Source of the DNA: Chiloscyllium plagiosum
Lineage: Eukaryota
NCBI RefSeq assembly: GCF_004010195.1
Contig: NC_057719.1
Span: 66,460,066-66,524,065, forward strand
Direction of reading: 5' to 3'
DNA length: 64,000 nt
A model generated the notes under the pieces. The model searched no databases. It had not been told where the DNA came from and was given only the letters and a program-made list of their open reading frames with translations. Below, one piece after another: positions 25,811-39,280 of the stretch. Numbering within the stretch: the stretch's first letter is position 1; every line of letters begins with the position of its first letter. The position numbers and the translations under genes are program-made.

Positions 25811-26634
25811 CACAACAGTTCTTTAATCAGCTGAGATTAAATGTCATGTTGGCTGAGACCTATTGGAACTTATTAGCCTGCGTTGTTAGATCGGGACCAC
25901 CAGCTACAGCAACTTCTTTTATCTAAAGTATTTGCTCATTTACTTCAGAGTTCAGTCGTGAACTGTACTCACATTGCAAGCATACGATGGTCATTCAATC
26001 AAACATAGGGCCTACCTCTCCCCATGCAGCCTAATCCAACCTATCACCACCCGACTGTCAAACCCTGGCAACCCTGCTGCCAAATTCTCATTGCTTTTTT
26101 AAGCTCTCCTTGATACCTTTCGCACAATTCATAGTTATCATTTATCTATTTATATCCATCAGGAGCAACCATAAGCAATTTGGTAAATTTGTTGGCATTC
26201 ATTTTAGCTGAACATAATTACAGTGTTCTAGTTATACAGCAGAAAACGTACGACTGTGATGACCAGTAACTACCAGTTCAGGTTGGACAGGAAGCTTTAA
26301 TCCTTCCTGCAGTCTTCAAACTATCCAAGGTTATTAGATGAAAGCAGCATGGATTGACCTGTCTAATATCTTCTCCAGAACTTTCTTCAAAGCCTATCCT
26401 TATGGGACATTCTGGATGTTACATTGACGGAGCTTAAAAGTTTCAAGTGTAAAGTGTCCAATGCTGTGTCATATTCTTTCAGTAAACCATGTTATAAAAA
26501 CCAACCAGCTTATCTCTCACTGTTCCCCATGATCAGTTTCACAGTTCCCTTGAAAGCAGTCTTAACCTTCAAAACTACTTTCAGGGAGCTTACTGAGTTG
26601 CCTATTATTGTTATTTAGATTATATTTTATAATT

Positions 26635-26735
26635 ACTCTATTCAGACATCTTATGACCGACCTCTGGAACGTGGTACTTGAACCCAGGCCTTCTGGTCCA
26701 GAGATAATGGGGCTACCACTACACCACAAGAGCCA
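26635..26735 (-). mobile_element. Short tRNA-derived SINE (third family, about 110 bp)
   Basis: Minus ggctcttgtggtgtagtggtagc...gggttcaagtacc (A and B boxes). Related copies at 36236, 38765 and 52563. Confidence 0.65.
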
Positions 26736-27150
26736 AAGACATGGGCATTGTCTGTAATTTATATTTGAAGTCGCTCCCAGTTATCCAATCTACCTATTCT
26801 AATCCTTTATGAGACTATTGAACTGTAGGATGATTAATTAATGTAGCGTTTATTCTCCTTCCACATAATAACTTTAATATTCCAACAAGCACCTTAACTA
26901 AACAAGGTTAATCAAATATCATAACATAACTTTGAGTTATGGTTAGTTGTTTTAAACATCTATCCTGTTGCACTGCCACTATCGGCCTCATCTGGCAAAG
27001 GCCCCTTTTTTGGGCTAGCTACAGCTGTCAGCATCTAGGAATAATTATTTAACTAGTTTTGTTTCGAAAGAAAAAAATAAGCGGTTTCCAGAAAATCGAG
27101 ACTTGCAGCACTAATCTATTCCTTTGCTTGTTCCAAGTTGATTGGATATA

Positions 27151-27324
27151 CAGTGGAACCTCAATTATCCGGCATTCGATTATCTGAATATCAGATTTTC
27201 CGGCAAGATCGCAATGTCTCGATGTTCGGCTCAACTATGTTATCCAGCATTTAATTATCCAGAATTCAATTAACTGAATGGAATACTCCCCACCTGTGTC
27301 CTTCAGATATGCAAGGTTCCTCTG
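27151..27324. mobile_element. Tc1/mariner (pogo/Tigger-like) MITE
   Basis: TA|cagtggaacct...aggttcctctg terminal inverted repeats, with internal ttatcc subrepeats. Confidence 0.65.
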
Positions 27325-27842
27325 TGTTGCTAATTACTAACAGACTGATCCCACCATATTAGCAAAACCGAGGACCACGCTGGTTCTGGACAAACTCGCT
27401 CATCCTCCTCTGTATTACAGTATATCCCAACAGGCTACAGATACAGGTCTGAAAGAGTTTCTTAACAGAGGAAAGGGAGGTAGAAAGGTGAGGTGGGTTA
27501 GGAAGAGATTTCAGCCTTGGCAGCTGAAGGCAAGCTTGCCACTGGTGGTGTCGAATAATGGGACAGGTATTTATATGATGATCTAACAGTTATTATGACA
27601 AAGTGAGGAGGGATCAAATGGTTCCATCTTCTTAACCTCCTAAGATGGCCTTAACAATATTTTTAATTTTAGCATGCAGCTTTAACATGCTGCAATTAAA
27701 AAAATTGTTCACTCATTCAAAACTGAAGGAGCCAATTATCAGGTTTACTTGAGTGAAGGAAAGAGGAATTTTATTACTTATTAACCCCAAGAAAATAATA
27801 AAATCTGACATTAACATATGCATCACAAGTATAGTGAAATTA

Positions 27843-28210
27843 TAGAATCATATGGACTTAGAGATGTACAACATGGAAACAGACCCTTCGGTCCAACTCG
27901 TCCATGCCAAGCAGATATCTTAAACTAATCTAGTCCCATTTACCAGCATTTGGTCCATATTCCTCTAAACCCTTCGTATAGATGCCTTTTAAATGTTGTC
28001 ACTGTACCAACCTCCACCACTTCCTCTGGCAGCTCATTTGATGCACACACCATACTTTGCGTGAAAAGGTTGCTCTTTAGATCCCTTTTAAATCTTTCCC
28101 CCCTCACTCTAAACCCATGTTCTTTAGTTCTGGACTCCCCCAACCCAGGGAAAAGACCTTGTCTATTAACCTGTCCATGCCCCTCATGATTCTATAAACA
28201 CCTATAAATT
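27843..28210 (-). mobile_element. CR1/HER1-type LINE 3' end
   Basis: GESRTKEHGFRVRGERFKRDL...NELPEEVVE..TFKRHL plus 3' tail. Confidence 0.9.
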
Positions 28211-30289
28211 TGTAACTATCCTTGAATTCTCTGTGAATAGATATCTTTTCTGATTGGGTTTTCACTGGGCATTCTCTGCACAGAGGTTGAGAGGAAACCA
28301 GGATGTGAAACTACAAGCATTCCAGATCTGTTGTTACAAATCCATCGGTTTTCTCTCTGCTTTTCCAAAATGCTGTTCACTGAAATAGTGTTCATTTGTG
28401 ATTTCTTATGTCTTGCCTCTTCTTCAAACTGGATCATCCTCAGGCAAGTCTTTCATCCCAATATATGAAAGCTTCCAAAAATATGTAAATTGAATATGAG
28501 ATTAAACTCTGAGGTTTCATCATTTTAATAACCTGTTAATTTCAGACTGGTCTTGTTTATTGATAATTTCATGAACTTAACTCAGCTTGGTCAGAGTCAA
28601 AAAGAGTGGTGCTGAAAAAGCACAGCTCATTAGGCAGCATCCGAGGAGGAGGAGAGTCGATCCGGCGATCATCCTGGTCAGATGATAACTGGCCATCTTA
28701 AATCAAATTTTTAACTTTTTAAGACACATATTTTAATCCATGAGAAGTTGCATATATTAAGATCAGATGATGAAAGTTAAAAGTTAATTGTCCATTTTTC
28801 CCATTGTCATAACGCAATAGCATCAGCAGCTATGTGCTAGACTGAAAAAGAGAAGCAACACCCTATGCCAGGGAGCCGTGATCTACCTCAGTAGAAAATG
28901 TTACGTATTGTAAAAAGGAGTTTAGCAAAAACCTGCCAGAGTCAGATTGCCATCATTCTTAGATAAAAACAGGGCTCAGTTACCTGAAGACACATCGAAG
29001 TAGGATCCAAAGTCAGAGTCAAACCACAAACTATATGGAATGATGAAAATCGGGGAGGCTCCAGAGGTCTGAAGCAGGTTATTGCAGAAAACTGAGAGGA
29101 TTGTAGAGCTGTGGGAGATTCAGTGATACTGAGTAATGGGGCAATGTGAAATATAAAATGAAGGACAAGACCATTGCATTGCTTATCTGAGAACCAGGGC
29201 AACAAACAGCCTAGTTTAGCCAGGGCAAAGAATGTAGTCAGTAACTCATGATTAGAGATTTTGGTAGCAATCAAGAATAATAGCTTTGGTCTTCCTAATA
29301 TTTAGTTGGTTGCTATCTCAATTCATGCCTGAGCTCTTTGGATTTGAGTGGGTGGTGATGAAGGCTATACCAGGGGAATGGTAATTATGTTGTTTTATGG
29401 AGAGAGAGCTAAATGAGAATAAGAGGACCATGAACTCAGAGGATTGGGAATACAATAACTTGAGGCAAGATTGAAATAGCAGAACCACACTGTGACAACA
29501 TAGAAATAGGCTATTCAGCCTATCATGTGTGAACTGGTTCTTCAGATGAGCATTATGATAGTGCTATTCTTCTGCATTTTCCCTATACCCCTGCACATTA
29601 TTTCCATTTGTATTCAAATAACCATTTAATGCTCTCTTAAATGACTTGATTGAACCTATCTGCACCACACTTTTAGCCAATTCACTCCAGGTCCTAGCTA
29701 CTTGCCATGTGAAAGCATTTTCTCATATCACATTTGCTTCTTTTGGAAATTGCTTTAAATCGGTACCCTCTCCTTCTTGATACTATTACAAATAGAAACA
29801 GTATTTTCTCTGTCAAGACCTGCAAATGAGAACTTTCCTGATAGAGAGACTAAAGGAGGGAAGCAATGAAGACATCTTGGTGAGAAAGGCTTTCTGGATA
29901 TACAATCCAACAGTAGAGGTGAGGGATTTTATATGAGATGAGAGGGATGAAATGCTTAAGGAAGGAGTTAAAAATAAAGAATCAACAAACAAAATCATTA
30001 AGAACAGGATTTCTTCTATTCAGAAAGTGAATATCAGATGCAATGATAGTCAGTTAACAGATTTTGTTTACCATGTGTCTGGACATTATTGAATAAAAAT
30101 AAGGTATGCTCCTGTGTGCTTTCCTCCCTGTGTTGTAATGAAGCAATCCAAAAGAAAGGTTAAAAAAAGGTAACTACTGCAGACAGTGGAAATCTGAAAT
30201 GAAAACAGAAAGAGCTGGAGAAACTCAGCATATGAAGAGAGAAATAAAGTTAACTTTTTGAGTGCAATATTGTTGTTGGGAGACACGTT

Positions 30290-30600
30290 TAGAGACAGTT
30301 AGGATAGATTGGGACCCAAGGGCACAGCCTCAGAATGAAGGGATGACCCTTTAGAATGGAAATAAGGATTTTTTTAGCCAGAGGGTAGTTAATCTGTGGA
30401 GCTCATTGCCACCGAGGATTGTGGAGGCCAAGTCATTGAGTGTATTAAAGACCGTGATGGACAGGTTCTTGATTGATAAGGGGATGAAGGGTTATGGGGA
30501 GAAGGCAGGAGAATGGAGGTGAGAAACCTATAACCACAATCAAATGGTGGAACAGACTCAATGGGCTGAATGGCCTAATGCTGCTTCAATCTCTTATGCA
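30290..30600 (+). mobile_element. CR1 LINE 3' end (different subfamily)
   Basis: gggcacagcctcagaatgaaggga...tttagccagagggtagttaatctgtgg...gggctgaatggccta tail. Confidence 0.75.
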
Positions 30601-31403
30601 CTCTGACCATCATGGCTCCCAATCTTTCATCCACTGATCCCAACACCACAACCTCCACCTGCCATTCCAACCTGGAGTTGATGGTGAGGGTGGCTGGAAC
30701 AGAGAAGGAAAAAGGTTTTACCTAGATTCTGTTAGATTTCGATGATGGATTTTGCATGGCATGTTCAACCTTATTTTAAAAAAACCCACCATGTTGGACT
30801 CTGCTAGATGGAAAATGAGATGATTTCCGCCAAGGAAATTGAGTTTGATGTCTATTTGTCTTTGTCAGCATCAGTAATCGTACACAAAATGAGTTTGGAC
30901 AGTTTCAATCTGGTTTTCAATGGGTTTGAGTTCACAGGACAAAGCTGCTGATAATTTGGCATCAGCAAGATTGTTTTCTGGTCATAGTGCTGCGTGCTTT
31001 GCACCTAAATCTGTTTGAAGCTGTTAACCTTCTGCAATCATCTGGGGTCAGGCTTATTAGTTTCTTGTGGCAAGCTCTTGCATGTATTGAACTTGAATAG
31101 GGAGCCTACTTAATGCAGGGACAGAGAAATCTGGCAAATCATCAACTCCTAAAGGAATTAAATGTAGGTAGGTACTTAAAGGGAAATATCCATATGTGGA
31201 ACTAAAGCTCCTGAATTGGGGGAAGGACATGAAGTTGTTACTTCACTGAAGGAGGCAGGAATCTGAGATGAAACAGATCTGTTAGCTTTCTAATTTGTTT
31301 CTTTCAGAAATCCAACTTGGTGTGGGGTGAGATGGCTGGATGCCTTTCTAGCTTATCCTGCAAGTTTTACCCAGGCTGCTATTTGATAGGCCTAGTATAT
31401 TCC

Positions 31404-31527
31404 TAATGAAGGGCTTTTGCCCGAAATGTCGATTTTCCTGCTCCTCGGATGCTGCCTGACCCGCTGTGCATTTCCAGCACCACTCTGGTCTAGACTCTCG
31501 TTTCCAGCATCTGCAGTCCTCACTTTT
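31404..31527 (+). mobile_element. Family B Penelope-derived insertion starting at the hammerhead core
   Basis: CUaAUGA-A-GGGC[UUUU]GCCC-GAAA-uGUC. 14-bp TSD gcctagtatattcc at 31390-31403 and 31528-31541. Confidence 0.85.
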
Positions 31528-32617
31528 GCCTAGTATATTCCATGCCTGACAAATTCAGCAAAAGATGTTTCAGATGAATCTGTACAAATGCTTTAAAATG
31601 GAGGGAATGTTGTTCCAAAGGTATCACTTTAGCAGGATCTGTAGGAAAAGGATTACCTCACTGGAACTGCCTCGATCTATCCCCAAGAGCCCACGGAGGA
31701 TGTTTTTACAGGCTCAGGGAGGCAGAATGCTATATTCCTTAAAATCAGTGTCAGTTTGGAATCCTGCCAAACAATTTTTTAAAAATTCAATGCACATTTA
31801 TCTTCTATTTTAACCAAGAATACTGGATTTAACAGATTTCCCAAGCTGTCAGCAACTTGCCAGGGTTACTGAGGTAAGCACAGTAGGAGAACTTTGACAA
31901 TAAACTTGAAGTACTGTCACCAAAAGCAGCAGGTGAATAATGCCTTCTCAGTGACCGCCTTCAGCGGTTCACAAATCAGTACCATCTCCTGGCTAGTCAC
32001 TTCATTCTGGTTGGCAATTCCTTCCTCTTCAGTTGTACTTACCTTTTGCCAGCCTTCACCATGGCATGGGAGCAGCTTCTTGGCTCCACCTTCCAGCTCT
32101 GGTTAGGAACACAAAGGTCAAAAGTAGTTGTCTTCTCCTTAGCCAGACACCAGTCCACAGAGCAGAGGAGATGGACAGAGATCCAGCATAAAGGAGACAA
32201 GACCTCTTTCCCCCAACCCAGAACATACAGCAGAGCAGTGGCTCCCTTAATGTGTAAATCTCAGACGAATAGATTTTCATGTTGCTGATGTCTGCCTTCT
32301 GGTACAGCTCTATTTGCAGTGAATTATGTGGCTGCACATTGCCAGTGGCCTGTAAGATGCCTTTCAACTCAAAATTTGACACTTAAACTTTAATTTGCCC
32401 ACCATCTCTCTACCTCCCCCACTGGAGATCTCTGCATCTCCTTCAGATTGTGCTCTGTCTCTCTCTGCTACAGGCAATGCATGCGTTAGTCATGGTTGTA
32501 TGCCTGGCACAGAAGGATAACATGAAGCGTGATTTTGAAGCATGTGTGCGAGGCAGTGACTGTGAATTTTGGCTTTTCAGATGGGAATTAGAGGTATTTG
32601 GAGATGGAATGGGTTGG

Positions 32618-33127
32618 CGGAAAGATGTTGTGAAACTTGAATGGGTTCAGAAAAGATTTACAAGAATGTTGCCAGGGTTGGAGGATTTGAACTATAGGGA
32701 GAGGCTGAACAGGCTGGGGCTGTTTTCCCTGGAGCGTCGGAGGCTGAGGGGTGACCTTGTAGAGGTTTACAAAATTATGAGGGGCATGGATAGGATAAAT
32801 AGACAAAGTCTTTTCCCTGGGGTCGGGGAGTCCAGAACTAGAGGGCATAGGTTTAGGGTGAGGGGGAAAGATGTAAAAGAGACCTAAGGGGCAACTTTTT
32901 TACGCAGAGGGTGGTACATGAATGTGGAATGAGCTGCCAGAGGAAGTGGTGGAGGCTGGTACAATTGCAACATTTAAAATGGATTTGGATGAGTATATGA
33001 ATAGGAAGGGTTTGGAGGGATATGGGCTGTGTGCTGGCAGGTGGGACTAGATTGGGTTGGGATATCTGGTCGGCATGGACAAGTTGGAACGAAGGGTCTG
33101 TTTCTATGCTGTACATCTTTATGACTT
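32618..33127 (+). mobile_element. Young CR1/HER1-type LINE 3' fragment
   Basis: RKDVVKLEWVQKRFTRMLPGLE...RRRLRGDLVEVYKIMRGMDR plus 3' tail. Confidence 0.95.
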
Positions 33128-34144
33128 TAGGAATGGAGCTGTTAAGTGTTTTGGTCTGAGCAGTGCTGTGCAGTAAGCTGCTGGGAGACTTCAGGAGTGG
33201 GACTTGGTACCAGACCATATTATACCACTTGCTGTGCTCCTGGATGCTCTTGCTCCACTGTCTCAGGATTGGAGGTGACCGCACTCTCACTGCTGCATTC
33301 CATACTCACTTCCATTCGCTTCTATCCACTTGAAGAGGCTAGCCTCGTCACCCATGCCCAAGAGTTCGCCTCAGATCCTGCAGCAGCACCTGCAGGGAAC
33401 AATGCGAGAACTAGGGAAGCAGCAATCCCAGGGACTCTATGCCATTCCTGTAGTTACTGAAGCTTCAAACATCCACAGGCAGCTCAGCCCTCAACCTATT
33501 GTGGCAGCTCCTTTTATTCAGAAATCCTTCCTTTGACAGATCCTTCACCCTCCTCCACACCAACCCCTTTCCAATTGGTCAGGGAAGACCTGAATCTGGA
33601 TGCTAATACTGTGGCTCTGCTGTATTAATGAAAAACTCAACAAAAGATTCCAGCTCATAGTCCTGTTGTTTGGCAGACAAAAATTCTAGGGATGATTCAT
33701 GGAAACAATGATTTGGGCACCTCTCTCTGAGCCTGAGAGTGTCATTCTGATCTGTTAGGGATGTGTGAGTTTCTTGTCTTTCCCAATACTCCAATGCTGA
33801 CCAATGTCCTCTTTGCTGTTTCCAATATCTGTGTGGAGTGAGAGATGTGCCAAAGAAGTAACATTAAAAAATACCAGGCATGGTGACAGAACAGGGCCTG
33901 TGGCAAGTGATGCCTGTGGGCAGAATACCCTGATCATCTTTGTTTAATGGCTGTTTATGAACATGATGCAATGTGAGGAGAGGTGCCAGTTTGATGCCCT
34001 ATGATTGCCCGAAGAATTGCTGTTTATACAATCAAAGATGTGTAAACCAATGTAGATGATTAGTCTGACCTCTAAAACACTGCCAAAATAAGTAAAGCTA
34101 CTCAACAGCACGATTTATCAGAGATCGTATCCAATATGCAAGCA

Positions 34145-34594
34145 CGGAAAGATGTTGTGAAACTTGAAAGGGTTCAGAAAAGATTTACAAGGATGTTGCT
34201 AGAGTTGGAGGGTTTGAGCTATATGGAGAGGCTGGGGTTATTTTCGCTGGAGCATTGAAGGCTGAGGGGTGACCTTATAGAGGTTTACAAAATTGTAAGG
34301 GGCGTAGATAGTAGATAGTAGGTTTAAGGTGAGAGGGGAAAGATATAAAAGGGACCTAAGGAGCAAATTTTTCACACAGAGAGTGATGCATGTACGGAAT
34401 GAGCTGCCAGAGGAAGTGGTAGAAGCTGGTATTGTTATAAAATTTAAAAGGCATCTGGGTGAGTACATGAATAGGAAGGGTTTAGAGGGAGATGAGCCAA
34501 GTGCTGACAAATGGGACTAGATTACTATAGGATGTCTGGTCAGTGTGGATGAGTTGGACCAAAGGGTCTGTTTCCATCCTGTACATCTCTATGA
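34145..34594 (+). mobile_element. CR1/HER1-type LINE 3' fragment with internal deletions
   Basis: Colinear with 32618-33127 and starts at the same base. Confidence 0.9.
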
Positions 34595-36235
34595 CAATAA
34601 AACATTGCTGTCAACCTGTTTCTTTATTTTCAAGATTGACTCACATCTGTCTCTGTCCCAACCTTATAACTCATTTACCTTTTAACTGCACGAATCCAGA
34701 CTCTGGCAGAGCAAGCATTGTTGTCACATCTCCCTGGTTCTGATGAAGTCTTGCAGATGTTACTATTGTGATGACATTCTGGTGATTTTACAGTCATTTA
34801 TATTTCAATGAACTGTCTCTGTATGTTCTGAGATTACCAAAAAAAACACAGTAGACAGATTGTGAAAAGTGATAAAGAAACAAAAATAAATCATAATTAA
34901 AATCACTAAACCATTACTGGGAACATTAAAGAAAAATAAAAATCCAGACTAAAACAAGATTTCTATTGAACTCTGAGCTTATCAAGGAGACTGTGTTGTT
35001 CTGGTAATATCTCTGGACCAGTGCTCTAGAAGTCAGACTAATACTCTGCCAATAAAGGTTTATATCCCACTATCGTAGCTGGTGAATCTTACTATCTGGA
35101 ATTGAAGGTTTTTCTTTGTAACAGTGCCTGTGAAAATCTCCATGAAATGACCCAGTGAGCCATACCGTTCAAAGTCAATTAAGGATGGGCATCACATGCT
35201 GACCTTGCTAGGGAAGACAAAGAGAATAAAAATAAAATTATTTTTCCCCCACATCTAAAGGAAAATGCGTTATGACATATTAAAACATTTAAATAATGAA
35301 ACTTAGCTGAAAGATCCTGATTCAGAAATGGTGCTTCCACACAACACAAAGGTGACAGTACATTAATCGGATATCCCCTTAAATTACTAAGCATGAAGAG
35401 TTTACCTATGTGTGAACGATTGAAAATTAAAGTTGGTAATGTGAAGACTTTCATTATGAGGGCTGGAATAAAAATAAATCTGAGGGGAATAAAGGTATTC
35501 TGTCCAGACATTAGATTTCCTCTGACCTTAGACCTTACATTCAGTAGGAACTGCAAGCCACTGTGTTGAAACTATTGAGCAGGAGTAACGTTGTCTGTTT
35601 TGAAAGCCGGGCATATCTGCAGTGCACAAACAACAATACACCAATTGCATAGAAGACCGAAGAAAGGCCAACAGGAATACAGGACTGGACTGGTTTTGAA
35701 TCCAGATGGGGTTGTGAGCAGATCAAGAGGGATGCAAGCAGCAGCTAGCAACAATTTTAATATCAAGTGGGACGTGATGGGGTGAGTCTTCTGGAGGAGT
35801 GGGGCTCTGCAGCAGCACGGGCAGGAGATGGCATTCCGCAGATTCCCATTGTTGATCCCGCACCCCTCAATCAGGCACTGAAAGCCTTTGAACTCCGGAC
35901 TGCCCGACTACTCCCATTGGGAATCGTGCATGGTTTGCTTGGAGCACTGCAGGGTGAGCTCAGTTTCGTGAGTCCTTTTAGTAACCAGTAATTGCCCAGT
36001 TGAAAGCTTCATTTGACAGTGTGGTATGCAGAACAGATTGCCACCACACGCACACACACACACAGACATATTATACATACATGTACAAAACATGCCCTAA
36101 GGGAGCACACAAGATTCCCCAGCCCAGATTCTGTTAAGACCATTTGACACAGCTGTGCTGTGGTGTATGCATTACTGAGTTTCCTTTAATGCAAAACATT
36201 TCATATGATCATATAAAGCAGCTGACAATGAATAA

Positions 36236-36340
36236 GGCTCTCGTGGTGCAGTGGTAGTGTCACTACCTCTGGCCTGGGTTCAAATCTCATCTGCTCCAGA
36301 TAAGAGTCATAACCTGTTTGAACAGGCTGATTAAAAACCA
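36236..36340 (+). mobile_element. Short tRNA-derived SINE (third family)
   Basis: ggctctcgtggtgcagtggtagtg...gggttcaaatctc. Confidence 0.65.
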
Positions 36341-38764
36341 TCTATAAAAAGTGAACATTTTAGTTAATGCCTTTTTTAAAATATGTGCTGAGGTTAATTT
36401 CTCTTTTGTTGCTTTTACCCTCCATGTCCTTAAAAAGCCCTATAACATTACACATATTCACTACATCATGGTTGCATTCTTTTGTACAGATGTTTTGATG
36501 GTGTGATAAAGCAAAAGCACCATTCTGAAGCAGACTTGCCTGTCAGTTCACCAATAGGACCACCAGAAACACATCACCTTTCGCAGTATTTTTCATGGTC
36601 CCTGAAATTTCATTTAAAAATAGTTTAGACTTGATCAGATTCCAAAACATTGATGTATCTTAAGATAATGAAAGTCTGCTCCATGTTAATAATCATAATT
36701 ATTTGGAAACACCACTGTCAAGAGCTTTTCTGGAGCTGGTACCAAGTTCCCAGCTCTCATTATTCAGTATTTCAGTGCTTTATGCAGATCAAAGGGGACG
36801 CATGCTCTCAACAGAAATGATGCTTAGATTGTGCCAAATGTTTTGCCAGTAATAAGTGTACTTGGGAAATTAATGTTTTAGTCAAGGCTGTAAGAATCCA
36901 AGATGTGCATTTCAAAGCTCCTTTTGCATGAGATAGTATTGTTAAATATTCAATTAAGAATGGAACTTTGACTGAAATCTTCTAGACGTAGAAATTTAAA
37001 GGCTTTGGGATCATTCCTGAGTCTTAATACCACACCACACAGAAGCATGCCAATAAGGGGCATATGAGGTGGCCAATTATATTTACATTTATCATCTTAT
37101 GCAAGGGGGTATGTTTCTGGAGCAGGAGGACCCATCAGATATCTGTAACACAGGTCAGATGGTAGTCCCACTGGAGAGGTGGGCACATCTAAGGCAGCAA
37201 AGAGAGCACAATTACATCCTAACAAGTCTTTTGAAAAACTAAATGCGTGAAAGACCCACAGCTCATCACTATCAGCATGGTGAGAAATCTCCTCCATGGG
37301 TGTGGTCCTTGCAACCATGCAGCTCGATAACAGGGCCCAGTAACTTTAAAATATGACTGACCCTCCAGCATTCTGCTGGGATGCTACCCCTTGTGTATGA
37401 GCTAGATTGGGGAGTCCTTTCTGAACCTCAGCATTTAGTGGATTCTCAGCTGATTCCAACTGAATACATTCCCTGCAAATGTCTTAAAATCTCTGTCGAA
37501 GATAATTGTTCAGAAGCAAAATGTAGTGGTGAGTTGACCCCAGACTGGGTCTTTGAACTTTGCTCCCAGTCGGTCTCCAAACTTCCCTCCATGGGACAAG
37601 TATAAATATCCCCTCTTTGGATCTATAGATTCTGCCCAGATAGTTGTGGCATCACAACTTGAATATCATTTTATTTAATGTGGCACATTTTTATTACCCC
37701 ACTAAGCAATAGTACAAAGAAATAAAAGCGCGTTTTCATGATTCAAAGTGATTAATACAATGTTTGTAAATAATGCATTGGTTGACAGAACTTGTGTGTG
37801 CCTACTGTCTATCAATTTCCATAAATAAAACAAAGAACTGTTTGAAATCTAAAACAAGAACAGAAATTGCTGGAGAAACTCAGCAGGTCTGGCAACATTT
37901 GTGGAGTGAAAGCAGATTTAATGTTTCAAGTTACCGGACCTGCTCAGTTTTGCCACAAATGTCTGTTATTGTTACTGGTAAGGTTCTGTCCATTCACCAG
38001 GGGAGGCTCTGTAATCTGTTGTCACAATGCTTTTGTCCTGGTGGAGTAGAGTAAAAGGCTAGGCTTGTAAAAAGGAATGGGTTTACAGCATAAGAGGTAG
38101 ATGTAGAGAGAAGTAATTCTTGGACAGGAGAGAAAGTTCTTAAATGTAGAAATCTTCTTCAGAATCGATTTTAAATGTTTATGATAGCCATCTTTCCTCA
38201 TGTCTCACTCCTTTAAGTTCTGGGATTAGTTGGATGCTATACTTTATGAGAATGGTCACACAAATGTTTCTCACAAATATTGTCTCACCACAGCCAAATA
38301 TAATTTAAAAATAGAATTTGTAAATTTATATCCCTGGTTATGCATCCCAAAATGTTGTTTGCATTTTTTAACTGCCTTGGACCAACCACAGATGGTTTTA
38401 CAACCTGTCCACTAAAATACCAATATTTCTGTCCAGTTTTAATGCCTGAAGCCAATTACAATTTTGAGTGTCATCTATGCCATCCTTTCCCCTGACACAT
38501 TTCAAAAGCCCATATTTTTCTTGGTCAAGATTCTGTGGTATCATTGATGGCAAAAATGTCAGCAATCACCCATCATTATTCCTCTAGTTTGCAGAAATTT
38601 CTGGAGTCTGCACGCGCCAAATAAATCCAGATGCTACAGTTAGAGATTCGACCTTTCAAGGGTCTGCTGTTCAGGTTTCCCAGAATGCAATCAATTAGAA
38701 CTGATGATCATTTCCAATGTTTCATTAATAGTTGCATTGTAATATTTTATTAACCTATCTTTCT

Positions 38765-38870
38765 AATCAACTTGTTCAGAGGGATTATTACACACCTCTG
38801 GAGCAGTTGAGACTTGAAACCAGGTCGCTTGGTCTAGGGGTAGGGACGTTACCACAGCGCCACAAGAAGG
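38765..38870 (-). mobile_element. Short tRNA-derived SINE (third family)
   Basis: Minus cttcttgtggcgctgtggtaacg...tggtttcaagtctc...ctgctccagaggtgtgtaataa. Confidence 0.65.
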
Positions 38871-38980
38871 CATTTATGTGTCAGTGGGCTGAGCTACGCC
38901 AGTGCTTCTAAGCTAAGCCTTTCAGTCAATTGCCTGAAATTCTACAGCCACATGGTGTAGACGTAGTTGTTATCTTTTGT

Positions 38981-39280
38981 GGGTGGCACGGTGGTTAGCA
39001 CTGCTGCCTCACAGCGCTAGAGACCCGGGTTCAATTCCCACCTCAGGTGACTGACTGTGTGGAGTTTGCATGTTCTCCCCTGGTCTGCGTGGGTTTCCTC
39101 CGGGTGCTCCGGTTTCCTCCCACAGTCCAAAAATGTGCAGGTAAGGTGAATTGGCCATGCTAAATTGCCCGTAGTGTTAGGTAAGGGGTAAATGTAGGGG
39201 TATGGGTGGGTTGCACTTCGGCAGGTCGGTGTGGACTTGTTGGGCCAAAGGGCCTGTTTCCACACTGTAATCTAATCTAA
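38981..39280 (+). mobile_element. HE1-like V-SINE
   Basis: tRNA-derived head (gtggttagcactgctgcctcacagcgc...gggttcaattcc), V-domain-like tgtgtggagtttgcatgttctcccc...ggtttcctcccacagtccaaa, and a CR1-like tail ending (taatc)n. Confidence 0.85.

Noticed and set aside
31836..31873. Possible 38-bp micro-exon (aacag|...ACTGAG|gtaagc)
   Set aside because: Good donor but weak pyrimidine tract, and no FMN1 similarity in any frame.
31940..33600. Myb/SANT-like hints in sequence flanking the CR1 at 32618
   Set aside because: Only vague similarity; no clear motif.
38981..39055. tRNA-like sequences (also 36236, 49190, 52563, 55967)
   Set aside because: These are SINE heads that continue into SINE bodies; no intact cloverleaf.
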